NCBI GenBank assembly: GCA_963727525.1
Contig: CAVSGO010000007.1
Location: forward strand, 1,248,001-1,312,000
Length of the DNA stretch: 64,000 nt
Direction of reading: 5' to 3'
Origin: an uncultured bacterium
Lineage (GTDB): Bacteria > Krumholzibacteriota > Krumholzibacteriia > LZORAL124-64-63
A model generated the notes under the pieces. That model did no database searches and was not told the origin of the DNA. It saw only the letters and a list, made by a program, of their open reading frames with translations. Position 1 is the stretch's first letter. The number at the start of each line of letters is the position of its first letter. Positions 48,808 through 57,981 of this stretch are shown here, in pieces. The position numbers and the translations under genes were made by a program.

Positions 48808-50013
48808 CTAGAAGACCAGCCGCTCCAGCCCACTCACCGAGATGCTCAGTCGCCAGGTCCGCGTGGACCAACCATTGTCCGCCAGGCTCCCGGCGAGACT
48901 GTACGAGAGCCCGAGGTCGATCTGCCCGAGGCGATTCTGGAACGGGAAACCGGTGCCGACCGCGAAGATCCGCTCGTCGACCGGGTGGCCGCCCACCTCG
49001 TACGCCCACCGCCGCCAGGCGAATCCCGCCCGCAAGGGCAGCCGATGGTGGTGCCCCGTGGGAAGGTACTGCAGATTGCGCTCGACGCCCGCCGCAATCA
49101 TCACCTCGTCACGGACGATACCGTCCCAATCCGGCAAGCCCCGGAACGCGCTCCAGTGGGCGAAACGCCCATCGACACCCAGATTCCAGTTCGGCGCGAA
49201 CGCCACCTTCAGGCCGGCCATGTATTCCGCGGGCAGGTGCAGACGAAACGTCTGGCGCTGCTGCTGCCCCACGCCGCCGAGGCTCGACGTACGCTCGAGA
49301 TCGGCGGAGAAACCGGGCGAGAACGTCACACCGAGCGAGACCCGGCCCGGTGGCGTGATGAGCGCGCTCAGCGTACCGGTGACGCCGTCGAGCACGTCCT
49401 CCTGATCGAGCTTGTTGGCCACGTACGTGCTCGGCGGCACCGTGACGACAGACGTGCGTTCCTCGTTGATCGGACCGCGCACGAAATCGAAACTCGCCCC
49501 GACGGCCAGCGCGGATGTCGCCCGCCAGGAGAGACCGACGGGCACGCGGAAGAGCGTGCCCTCCCGCGTGAGGGTGGAGTATCCGACGAGCGTGTCGCCC
49601 TCGACGTCCCAGGTCGCCGGGACGCGCAGATCGTACTGCAGCGAGCGCCTGAGGTCAAAGCCGCCGTGGAGCGCCAGGCGCCCCGAAATCAGAGGCAGGG
49701 CCAGGCGCGCCTGCGGCAGCAACACCCGGGTCGTGGTGCGTACCGCGGCGTCACCTTCGGACCGCGTGCGTTCCCCGTAGCCGCTGAAATAGACGAAGAG
49801 GTGCCGCAGATCCGCGAGCGATGCGGGATTGAGGAATCCGGGCGCCAGCGTGTCGTGGTCGGCCACGCCCCAGCCGCCGCGCCCCGCGTCGCGCGCGGAA
49901 CCCGATACGATGTCGGCGCCGGGTCCGACGAGCGCGATAGGCGACTGGGCCAAGGCCGGCACCGCGAGCAGCGCCCCCAGCAGGGTCAGAGCGACGGTTG
50001 TCCTCCAGGTCAT
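48808..50013 (-). CDS. FadL/PorV-like outer-membrane beta-barrel protein
   Basis: Signal peptide, GRGG...NPASL motif, amphipathic strands, C-terminal F. Confidence 0.7.
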   Translation of the reverse strand: MTWRTTVALTLLGALLAVPALAQSPIALVGPGADIVSGSARDAGRGGWGVADHDTLAPGFLNPASLADLRHLFVYFSGYGERTRSEGDAAVRTTTRVLLPQARLALPLISGRLALHGGFDLRRSLQYDLRVPATWDVEGDTLVGYSTLTREGTLFRVPVGLSWRATSALAVGASFDFVRGPINEERTSVVTVPPSTYVANKLDQEDVLDGVTGTLSALITPPGRVSLGVTFSPGFSADLERTSSLGGVGQQQRQTFRLHLPAEYMAGLKVAFAPNWNLGVDGRFAHWSAFRGLPDWDGIVRDEVMIAAGVERNLQYLPTGHHHRLPLRAGFAWRRWAYEVGGHPVDERIFAVGTGFPFQNRLGQIDLGLSYSLAGSLADNGWSTRTWRLSISVSGLERLVF

Positions 50014-51437
50014 CGGCTCACCTCGGTCACGTCGTTGTCACGGCTGTAGATCACGCGCAACCGGGGTTGCTGGGCGCTGTCGGCCGCCGTCCCATGGAAG
50101 ACGCGGCGCACGTACCAGAAGTCGGGCTTGTACGACGTCGCAAAGGACGGGAACAGACTCTCCGATCCCGCGAGCAGGAACGCGCGCTCACCGCTGTACA
50201 CGCCGTTGAGATACCGCTGGATCGACGTGGTCACGTTGAAGTTCACGACGTCGCTGTTCGAGTCTGCCGGATCGAGCCCCGTGCGCCCGGAGATCTGATA
50301 CACCTGCGACCCCAGATCGCCGAGCGTGACATGGGTGACGCCGGCGGGCGCGAAGTCGGGCGGGATCTCGGACACCACGATGGCGTGGCTGGGTCCCACC
50401 GTGCGCGTGGTATCCGTCGTCAGGAAGATGTCGGCCCGATTCACGTGCACGTTGTTCGGCAGAGCGGCGAGGTCGAAGCTCAACGCGGGATACGAGCGGA
50501 CGGGCGTGCGGAACTCGATGCCGTCGGCCGCCGTGGCCGGCGGCGTGCCCACACTGTGCCACGTGGAAACGTCGGCCACGGGACCGATCACGAGATTGGT
50601 GGAATCCGATGGGAGCGATGCGGGCGCTTCGTTGACCTCGATGATGAGGGCCGGCCCCAGGACTTGCGACGGTCGTTCCATGGGCAGTGTGCTACCGCCA
50701 TGCACCATCTCCTTGCTCGCGAATCCGAGCAGTCCCGGCTGAGATCCCGAACCCTCGCGAATGATGATGCTGACCTTCTCACCGTTGGCGAGCCACGTGG
50801 CGACGCGTGACGTCGAGAGCTGCACGAAGATCGGTCCGCTGGCCGGTTCGAGTTCACCGGCCACGTCGAGCGTCGCGGCCTCGAACGCCGGTTCGGGCCC
50901 CGGATGGCTCAGCGTGTCGAACGGCGCCAGGAGTTGATGCACGTCGTAGTATTTCTGGGCCCCGGTCCAGGGGCGCGGATTCGGGATCGAATCGGAGATC
51001 GCGTTGCCGTGATTGGGGAAATACCACGTGAGCATGTTGAGTGTGAGATCGACGCGGTTGATGTTGCTCGCCCGCAGGTACTCCGCGGTCCAGAGGTTGT
51101 CGGGATACGCGGAGAAGTCGAAGGTGACGAGGATCGACGAGGCGTCGTCGCCATCGCTGCCGAGGTAGAGCGTCTCGGCCTGGTCGAGCGGGTGCGCACT
51201 GTCGGTGACGTCGAGCACGCCGTAGTGATCGACCTGCCGGATCGTCAGCGGTACGAGGAGCGTGTCGAACTCGACACCCCCGAGTCCTCCGCCGACGCTG
51301 TTGGGATCATCGCTCGAGCAACCGTCGAGCGAAGCGACACCCGTCAGGCCGGCGAGGGCCAGAGGGAGCAAGCCGGCGGCCACGCGCAAGCCAGCATGCC
51401 AGCGCCAGGGCCGTCGCGGAATCGGGATTCGCGTCAT
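50010..51437 (-). CDS. Uncharacterised lipoprotein (loosely DUF4270-like)
   Basis: LDGC followed by SSDDPNSVG; beta-rich; ends PRLRVIYS. Family assignment is tentative. Confidence 0.55.
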   Translation of the reverse strand: MTRIPIPRRPWRWHAGLRVAAGLLPLALAGLTGVASLDGCSSDDPNSVGGGLGGVEFDTLLVPLTIRQVDHYGVLDVTDSAHPLDQAETLYLGSDGDDASSILVTFDFSAYPDNLWTAEYLRASNINRVDLTLNMLTWYFPNHGNAISDSIPNPRPWTGAQKYYDVHQLLAPFDTLSHPGPEPAFEAATLDVAGELEPASGPIFVQLSTSRVATWLANGEKVSIIIREGSGSQPGLLGFASKEMVHGGSTLPMERPSQVLGPALIIEVNEAPASLPSDSTNLVIGPVADVSTWHSVGTPPATAADGIEFRTPVRSYPALSFDLAALPNNVHVNRADIFLTTDTTRTVGPSHAIVVSEIPPDFAPAGVTHVTLGDLGSQVYQISGRTGLDPADSNSDVVNFNVTTSIQRYLNGVYSGERAFLLAGSESLFPSFATSYKPDFWYVRRVFHGTAADSAQQPRLRVIYSRDNDVTEVSR

Positions 51438-51469
51438 GAACTCGGTTCCTTCCCAACTGCAGTCTGGCA

Positions 51470-51886
51470 TCAGGGTCCGGCCGGCGGCCGAGCCGAGAGA
51501 CTCACCCGCGTGAACCCGCTCTCCTTGATGATATCGATCAAGCCGACGACGGCCCCATGCGAGGCATTCTCGTCGGCCCTCAACACGATGCGGTCGTCAC
51601 CGGTTCCCGCCTGCAACTGGCGCAGCGCGTCGCGGAGCTGCTCCCTGGCCACGGGCTTGTCGTTGAGGTACACGTCGCCGCTCGCCGTCAGATAGACGAT
51701 CGCCGGCGAGTCGGTGACCTCCTGCGCCGTGGACGATCGCGGGAGCACCAGATTGATGGCCGGCTGGTTCTTGAACGTGCTGCTGAGCATGAAGAAGAGC
51801 ACAAGGAGGAACATCACGTCAATCAGCGAGGTGACGTTGATCAGGGCCGACCGCCGCTTGCGCTCCGGACTGAAGTCCATGGTCAC
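51470..51886 (-). CDS. exbD: ExbD/TolR family protein
   Basis: INVTSLIDVMFLLVLFFM, VLRADE. Confidence 0.92.
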   Translation of the reverse strand: MTMDFSPERKRRSALINVTSLIDVMFLLVLFFMLSSTFKNQPAINLVLPRSSTAQEVTDSPAIVYLTASGDVYLNDKPVAREQLRDALRQLQAGTGDDRIVLRADENASHGAVVGLIDIIKESGFTRVSLSARPPAGP

Positions 51887-52500
51887 ACCCTGGCCTTCGC
51901 GCGCGCGCGCAGGGTGTCGAGCACCTTGCCGGCGTAGACCTCGAGGTCGAAGACGAGGCCGTCGACCCGGCCGGCCAGCCAGTTGTGGGCCACCAGGGCG
52001 GGGATGCCGACGATGAGACCGGCCGCCGTGGTGATCATAGCTTCACTGATACCGCTCGACAGTTCCTCGGGGTTGCCGATGCCCACGTGAGACACGACCG
52101 CGAAGGTGCGGATCATGCCGGTGACGGTGCCGAGCAAGCCGAGCAGCGGCGCGACGGCCGCAACCGTCTCCAGGATGTTCAGATGGCGATTCAGGCGCTT
52201 GGCCTCCTGGCGGCCCGTCTCCTGGAGCACATCCCGCGTGATCTCCCAGGAATCGTCCGCGTGGTCGAGGCCGCTGCATACGATGCTGGCGAACGGCCCC
52301 GGCCGCCGCTGGCAGATGGCATAGGCCACGGAGTAGTCGCTCCCGGCTTGCAGCGTCTCCACCGCCTCGGCGATCTCGGGGACCACCACGCGATTGCGCC
52401 TCAGCGTGAAGATGCGTTCCAGGAAGACAGCCACCCCGATCAGCGAGCAGAGCACGATCGGGATCATCATGTAGCGGCCGGCGAGAATCATCTGCCACAT
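51883..52500 (-). CDS. exbB: MotA/TolQ/ExbB proton channel protein
   Basis: APLLGLLGTVTGMI, GISEAMITTAAGLIVGIPA. Confidence 0.92.
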   Translation of the reverse strand: MWQMILAGRYMMIPIVLCSLIGVAVFLERIFTLRRNRVVVPEIAEAVETLQAGSDYSVAYAICQRRPGPFASIVCSGLDHADDSWEITRDVLQETGRQEAKRLNRHLNILETVAAVAPLLGLLGTVTGMIRTFAVVSHVGIGNPEELSSGISEAMITTAAGLIVGIPALVAHNWLAGRVDGLVFDLEVYAGKVLDTLRARAKARV

Positions 52501-52570
52501 CGTGTTCGTCCTTCTGCGGTGGCGCGGACCGAAAAAAGACCGGCCGTGCACAGCACGCCGGCGACCGCGG

Positions 52571-53614
52571 TCACGGCTTCCATTGAGGATAGTGCAGGGA
52601 AAGAGTGATCACAAGGTTGCGATCGGGGAAGTCGGCCGGCAGCGGCGGATAGGGTGCGAACGACTGCAGGGCCGCGAGGCTCGCCCGGTGCAGCGATTCG
52701 TTCCCCTCGGTCTCGATGATCTCCATGACGCTGGGCCGTCCGTCCTTCTCAACGACCAGGCGGATCCGCGTGAAGCCGTAGATGATGCCGAGGCGGTAGG
52801 CGTAGGGCGCGAGCCAGTTGCGCTGGAGATCCTGGGAAAAGCGGTGGATCCAGGGCGCATAGTTCCATTCGTAGGTACTGAGCGAGAAATCGCCCTCGAT
52901 GCTCGCATTGCCGGTGACGTTGCCCTGAGCCTGCTGGTCGAACTCGAACCCGCGATCGCCGCCGGGGCTGCGCTCGCCTTGCTTCAGGATCGAGGGCGTC
53001 CGATCCTGCCCCTGCCAGTCGCTGGTGTCGTCGCTCTCGGTCGCGCCCTGGTCGTCGCCCTGACGGGGTTGCGGTTCCCCACCCCGACGCGGCTCCGGCA
53101 AGGTCCAGGTGCCGTCGGGCGTCGCCTCGTCGCCTGGCCGCCGCTCGAGATCCGGTCCCGTCTGCCCTTCCTTCACCTGCCGGGGTTTCTGGTGCGCGGG
53201 CTCGACCGGTGTGGCGTCCACCGCCACGCCCTCGGCCCCGGCCAGGTTCTCGGGCGCGATGGCGACCTGCGGAAACTCGGCGTCCATCGTTGCCGCCGGC
53301 TGGCTGGCGTCCTGACCGCCGGGCACGCGGTCAGCCGCCTTCGCATTGATGAGGGCGAGATAGTCCGGGTGGTCAGGTGGCGTGTCGCTGGCCAGACGCT
53401 CGGGCATCTCGGTGTATGCCGTCGGCAGAGTCGAATCCTTGGCGCCGACCGGCTTATCGGGATCGACTAAGATCACCTCCACCTCGTTCGCCGCCGCCTC
53501 GCGCGGCGGTTTCCCGTCGCCGAAAAGGGGCAGGTTCCACGTGAGGACACCGATGATGACGTGCAGTAGCAACGATGCGATAGTGGTGCTGATTATCAGC
53601 TTGCGATCGGTCAC
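52571..53614 (-). CDS. TonB/TolA-like energy transducer
   Basis: TM segment with SLLLH motif, long low-complexity linker, C-terminal domain LQRNW...FAPYPPLP. Confidence 0.8.
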   Translation of the reverse strand: MTDRKLIISTTIASLLLHVIIGVLTWNLPLFGDGKPPREAAANEVEVILVDPDKPVGAKDSTLPTAYTEMPERLASDTPPDHPDYLALINAKAADRVPGGQDASQPAATMDAEFPQVAIAPENLAGAEGVAVDATPVEPAHQKPRQVKEGQTGPDLERRPGDEATPDGTWTLPEPRRGGEPQPRQGDDQGATESDDTSDWQGQDRTPSILKQGERSPGGDRGFEFDQQAQGNVTGNASIEGDFSLSTYEWNYAPWIHRFSQDLQRNWLAPYAYRLGIIYGFTRIRLVVEKDGRPSVMEIIETEGNESLHRASLAALQSFAPYPPLPADFPDRNLVITLSLHYPQWKP

Positions 53615-53750
53615 GACCACGCCTTGCCGGATTCGCGCCCGGCCGGCGTGATCGCCGGCGCCGGTGCGAGCCACGCAGTACCAGTGAATGTACCCTGTGC
53701 CATGCCCGCCCAAGGTAACGCACAGAATCGGTGAAACCAGCGAGGATGGC

Positions 53751-54746
53751 ATGTCCGCATCGGGACCCGCGTCCTTTTCCCATCGGCCGGAGACCGTCGC
53801 CACGCTCGTGCGACGCCTGGAAGCCGTCGCACCCGGGGCCGTGCAGACCGGCGTCCGGCTGGGCACCCTGACGACGCTGCGGATCGGCGGTCCCGTGGAT
53901 GTGGTGTGCCGCGTCGAAAACGCCGATCTGGCGCGGAAGTTCCACGCCGACATCGCGTCCGCCGGTCTGCCCTGGGATCGACTCGGGGGCGGGAGCAACG
54001 TTTTAGGTGACGACGCGGGCTACCCCGGCGTCATCCTCGTGGTCGCAACGCGCGACTACGAGGTCCATGGCGACATGGTGCGGGTGGGCGCGGGCTTGCC
54101 CTTCGACGCCATGATCACCCGCACATTGGGTGATGGCCTCGTGGGACTGGAGTTCGCCTCCGGCATCCCCGGCTCGGTGGGCGGCGCCGTGGTGGGCAAC
54201 GCGGGGTGTTACGGACACGAGATCGGCGAGTTCGTCCGCGAGGCGCGCGTGCTCACGCCCGCGGGCGACCTGGTGCGCATCGGCACGGAAGATTTCGGTT
54301 TCGCCTACCGGACGTCGGCCCTGAAGACCAGCGGCGCGATCGTGCTCGACGTTTGCCTCGCCCTGCGCCGCGGCGACGCCGCTCGTGCCGGCGAGACCCG
54401 CGACGAGCTCATCGCCGATCGCAAGCGCAAGCACCCGAACCACGAGCCCACCGCCGGCAGCTGGTTCAAGAATCTCCCGAGCAGCACGCCCGGAGGACGG
54501 CGTCAACCGGCGGGCGCCCTGCTCGAGGCGGTGGGCGCCAAGGCCATGCGCGAGGGCGACGCGGCGGTCTTTCCCCGCCATGCCAACATCGTGGTCAACC
54601 TCGGCGAGGCGACGAGTGCCGATGTTCTGCGCCTGACGACACGGATGCATGATGCGGTGCAGACACGCTTCGGCATCGACCTGGAGCCCGAGGTTCGGCA
54701 CCTGCACCTGCCGGCAGCGCCAACCTGGCTTCCCAGCGCCGATTAA
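53751..54746 (+). CDS. murB: UDP-N-acetylmuramate dehydrogenase
   Basis: TLRIGG, LGGGSNVL, GIPGSVGGAVVGNAG, FAYRTS, GSWFKN, HANIVVN, LEPEV. Confidence 0.95.
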   Translation: MSASGPASFSHRPETVATLVRRLEAVAPGAVQTGVRLGTLTTLRIGGPVDVVCRVENADLARKFHADIASAGLPWDRLGGGSNVLGDDAGYPGVILVVATRDYEVHGDMVRVGAGLPFDAMITRTLGDGLVGLEFASGIPGSVGGAVVGNAGCYGHEIGEFVREARVLTPAGDLVRIGTEDFGFAYRTSALKTSGAIVLDVCLALRRGDAARAGETRDELIADRKRKHPNHEPTAGSWFKNLPSSTPGGRRQPAGALLEAVGAKAMREGDAAVFPRHANIVVNLGEATSADVLRLTTRMHDAVQTRFGIDLEPEVRHLHLPAAPTWLPSAD

Positions 54747-54872
54747 GTTCCGGTTGACACTCCCGCGGGCGAACCTGACATTAATACGGCGCACGACCGG
54801 ATTGACCCGCCCGAGCCATCGCCAGGGGGACCGTTCGATCCGCCGGCGAACGAGCCGACAGGAGCTGAATTG

Positions 54873-55862
54873 ATGTTCGACAAGCAACGCCTGACCCTGG
54901 TCCGTCGTATGGTGATTGCGTGCACGGTGATCGGGTGCGTGGTGATCGCGGTGGTCGGGGTCGCTGCTGCCCAGGTTGCTCCGGTTGCTCCCCAGGCGAA
55001 TGCGGCGCCCCAGGACACCACCAGGGAAAAGACGTTCAATCTCTCGACGTCGCAGACCGCCGCGGTCGAGGCCGAGAAGGAAGAGACGCCCAGGGAGCGC
55101 TATGCCCCTCAGATCGAGGCCGGCAAGCTCGAGATCGGCCTCAGCCTCGGCTTCATGAACCTCAACAAGCAGCTTCTCGCGCTCGATCGCCTCATCTACA
55201 AGACCACTGATGACGCGTTCTTCTACGCCGACGTGACCATCAATGCCAAGTCGGCGTTCACGCCCGTGATCCGTGCGGCGTACAATCTCAACTCCTGGTT
55301 CGCGCTCGAGGGTCAACTGAACTTCACGTTCTCGGACTACGACGCAACGCTGACGAATCGCTACAAGGTCAGTCCGGAAGGGCCCGGGAGCACGGGTCCC
55401 CAACTCGTCGATCCCAGCGGTCCGGACGCGGGCGCTTACGACGCGGAGCACCGTTCGGTCCTCGGCGTCATCGCGGATCTCAACGCGATCGTCTATCCGC
55501 TCAACCTGCATGGTTCGCGAATCAGCCACTGGCAACCGTACCTGACGGGCGGTGTCGGTCGCGCGAGCTATACCATGGACTCCAATTACACCAGCGATCC
55601 CGCGACGGCGTTCGACGCCAACCTCGGAGGCGGCATTCGCCTCATCGCCGATGACCTGATCAGCTTGCGCTTCGAGATCGTGCAGCACTTCCACACCATC
55701 GAGTTCGCACCGTCGGAGTACTTCGATATACGCAACTCGGGCACGGTCAAGGTGCCGAACTATCAGTTCGATCAGGCCGGCTACTACTCGCGCGTGACGT
55801 CGTACCCTTCGGAGTCGCTCGGCAGCCTGGTCTGGTCCGTGGGGATCGTCGGATCCTTCTAG
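54873..55862 (+). CDS. Outer-membrane beta-barrel protein (OmpA/OmpW-like barrel)
   Basis: Signal peptide, WFALEG, QPYLTGGVG, NLGGGIR, terminal F. Confidence 0.75.
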   Translation: MFDKQRLTLVRRMVIACTVIGCVVIAVVGVAAAQVAPVAPQANAAPQDTTREKTFNLSTSQTAAVEAEKEETPRERYAPQIEAGKLEIGLSLGFMNLNKQLLALDRLIYKTTDDAFFYADVTINAKSAFTPVIRAAYNLNSWFALEGQLNFTFSDYDATLTNRYKVSPEGPGSTGPQLVDPSGPDAGAYDAEHRSVLGVIADLNAIVYPLNLHGSRISHWQPYLTGGVGRASYTMDSNYTSDPATAFDANLGGGIRLIADDLISLRFEIVQHFHTIEFAPSEYFDIRNSGTVKVPNYQFDQAGYYSRVTSYPSESLGSLVWSVGIVGSF

Positions 55863-57394
55863 CTTCCCGCCGATCCGGCCCACCCCGGCAACGCCTCGCG
55901 GCGGAACTGCAGCGCGTCTCGCACGTGTGCGGCTCCGACCAGCGATTCCCCCTCGAGAGCCGCCGCCGTGCGCGCCACACGGCACGCCCGGAGTACCGCG
56001 CGTGGCGACAGGCCCAGAGGGCGGCGTGCCGCATCCAGATAGGCAAGCGCTTCGGCGTCCAGTCCGTAGGACGCCACGCGGCGACGTAGCGACCAGTGAG
56101 CCGGCGGTTCCCCGCTCGCCTGCAACAGTCGATGTGCGCGCACGAGACGCGACCCGAGACGGGCGAGGTCCAGCGGTGGCGCAGAGGCGTCGCCGATCGG
56201 CTCGTCCCCCATGTCGACACAGAGATCGAAGCGATCGAGGAGCGGTCCGGACAGGCGACCACGGTAGCGGGCCACCCGCGCGGGCGGGCACGTGCAGGCA
56301 CGGATCCGGCTGCCCAAATACCCACAACGGCAGGGGTTCATCGCCGCGACCAGCTGGAAGCGCGCCGGGTAGCGGCGCCGCCCCGGTCCCCGGGCCACCC
56401 GGACCATCCCCTCCTCCAGCGGTTCGCGCAACGCATCCAGCGCCGCGGCGGAGAACTCGGCCGTCTCGTCGAGGAAGAGCACTCCGCGGTGCGCGAGCGT
56501 CACCTCGCCCGGGAGCAAACGGGTGCCGCCTCCGACGAGGCCGGCCACCGTGATCGAGTGATGCGGCGCCCGGAGCGGCGCGCGCCGCACGAGGCCGGGT
56601 GCCCGCAGCAATCCGGCCGCGCTATGGATGCGGGTCACCTCGAGTCCCGCATCCATATCCAGCGGCGGATGCAATGCCGCCACGAAGCGCGCCAGGCGCG
56701 TCTTGCCCACGCCGGGCGGCCCCACGAGCAGCAGATGATGGCCGCCGGTAGCCGCCAGGACAGCCGCCCGCGCGGCCAGCGGCTGGGCCGCCAGATCGAG
56801 ATCGGCGGGCAATTGCGGCCACGGAGGCGGCGACGTCGGCTCGCGGTGCGCCGCGGGAGCCGGCGGTACGCCGTCGAACCACCAGGATGCGGCCTCGCGT
56901 AGCGTGCGCACGCCGTGCACCTGCAGACCGGGCACCAGGGCTGCCTCCCAGGCCTGCGCTGCCGGGACCACCACGACATGATCGCCGCGAGCCGCCGCGT
57001 CGAGGACGATTCCGAGCAGCCCCCGCACCGGACGCACGTCGCCGAAGAGCGACAGCTCGCCCACGACGAGCGCCGACAGGTCCGGGACGGGCTGATGGTG
57101 CTCCCGCCGACGCTGAGCCGCAAGCACGGCCAGAGCGATGGCGAGATCGTGACACGCGCCTTCCTTGCGCACGTCGGCCGGCGCGAGGTTCACCGTCACC
57201 TTTCCCGATGGAAATGCGAAGCCGCTGTTGCGAATGGCGGCCAGCACGCGCTCTCGGCTTTCCCTGACGGCCGTATTGGGCAGGCCGACGAGATGAAAGG
57301 CCGGTAGCCCGCGCGCGATGTCGACCTCGACCCGCACGGCGTAGCCCGTGATCCCCACCAGTCCACCGGATCGAACGTCGCACGTCACGCTCAC
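55859..57394 (-). CDS. comM: YifB/ComM Mg-chelatase-like AAA ATPase
   Basis: VRESRERV, NLAPAD, GPPGVGKT, RAPHHS, GVLFLDE, AMNPCRCG, SGPLLDRFD. Confidence 0.93.
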   Translation of the reverse strand: MSVTCDVRSGGLVGITGYAVRVEVDIARGLPAFHLVGLPNTAVRESRERVLAAIRNSGFAFPSGKVTVNLAPADVRKEGACHDLAIALAVLAAQRRREHHQPVPDLSALVVGELSLFGDVRPVRGLLGIVLDAAARGDHVVVVPAAQAWEAALVPGLQVHGVRTLREAASWWFDGVPPAPAAHREPTSPPPWPQLPADLDLAAQPLAARAAVLAATGGHHLLLVGPPGVGKTRLARFVAALHPPLDMDAGLEVTRIHSAAGLLRAPGLVRRAPLRAPHHSITVAGLVGGGTRLLPGEVTLAHRGVLFLDETAEFSAAALDALREPLEEGMVRVARGPGRRRYPARFQLVAAMNPCRCGYLGSRIRACTCPPARVARYRGRLSGPLLDRFDLCVDMGDEPIGDASAPPLDLARLGSRLVRAHRLLQASGEPPAHWSLRRRVASYGLDAEALAYLDAARRPLGLSPRAVLRACRVARTAAALEGESLVGAAHVRDALQFRREALPGWAGSAGS

Positions 57395-57626
57395 CTCCCA
57401 GATCCGACGGCCCGGAGCAAGGCGAGGTCCAGTTGCGCGTGTCGGCGATGGAGGGGCGGGAAGGCTCGATAGCGGGAGGCGATGGGCGCGGGGCCGTATC
57501 CGCGGCGCGGCGACGCGCGCCGTCACCGCCGGGCGACGCGGCCGGTCCGGATCGTCAACGTCGCGGCGGGGCTCCCAGGGGGAACCCCGCCGTGATCCTG
57601 CGTACCGACGAGCACCGGCTGCGGGT

Positions 57627-57797
57627 CTAGAGATCCTGCGGGCGCACCGTCTTGCGACCGTTGGCGACTGCGCGCTCCTCGGCCTTGGCGATCAGCTGAC
57701 GCACCTTGGCGTCGAGGGCATCGTAGAATTCACCGGACACGTTACACTCGCGAACTGCTTCCTTCGTCTTCGTCTTGCTGATGATCATCTCGGCCAT
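57627..57797 (-). CDS. Bacterial histone-fold protein, 56 aa (missing from the ORF track)
   Basis: MAEMIISKTKTKEAVRECNVSGEFYDALDAKVRQLIAKAEERAVANGRKTVRPQDL*; GGAGG SD 7 nt before ATG; G/C-ending codons; RKTVxxxD motif. Confidence 0.9.
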   Translation of the reverse strand: MAEMIISKTKTKEAVRECNVSGEFYDALDAKVRQLIAKAEERAVANGRKTVRPQDL

Positions 57798-57981
57798 GAG
57801 GGATCCTCCCTTTGTACGTGATTCCGGGCGCTATCGGCGCAATGCCGGCCAGAAGCGTGCCGGCACACGATCGCGCCGACCTCTGGGGCTGTCAAGGCAC
57901 CATTTGCCAATCCGCGCCGCCTGGAGCATCCTGTGACCGTGCACCCGACATTCGCCGCACGATCCCGCAAGGAGCCTCAAG

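Noticed and set aside
57837-57851. sigma54 promoter upstream of the histone gene (TGGCCGGCATTGC)
   Set aside because: The GG-to-GC spacing is 8 nt rather than the required 10.
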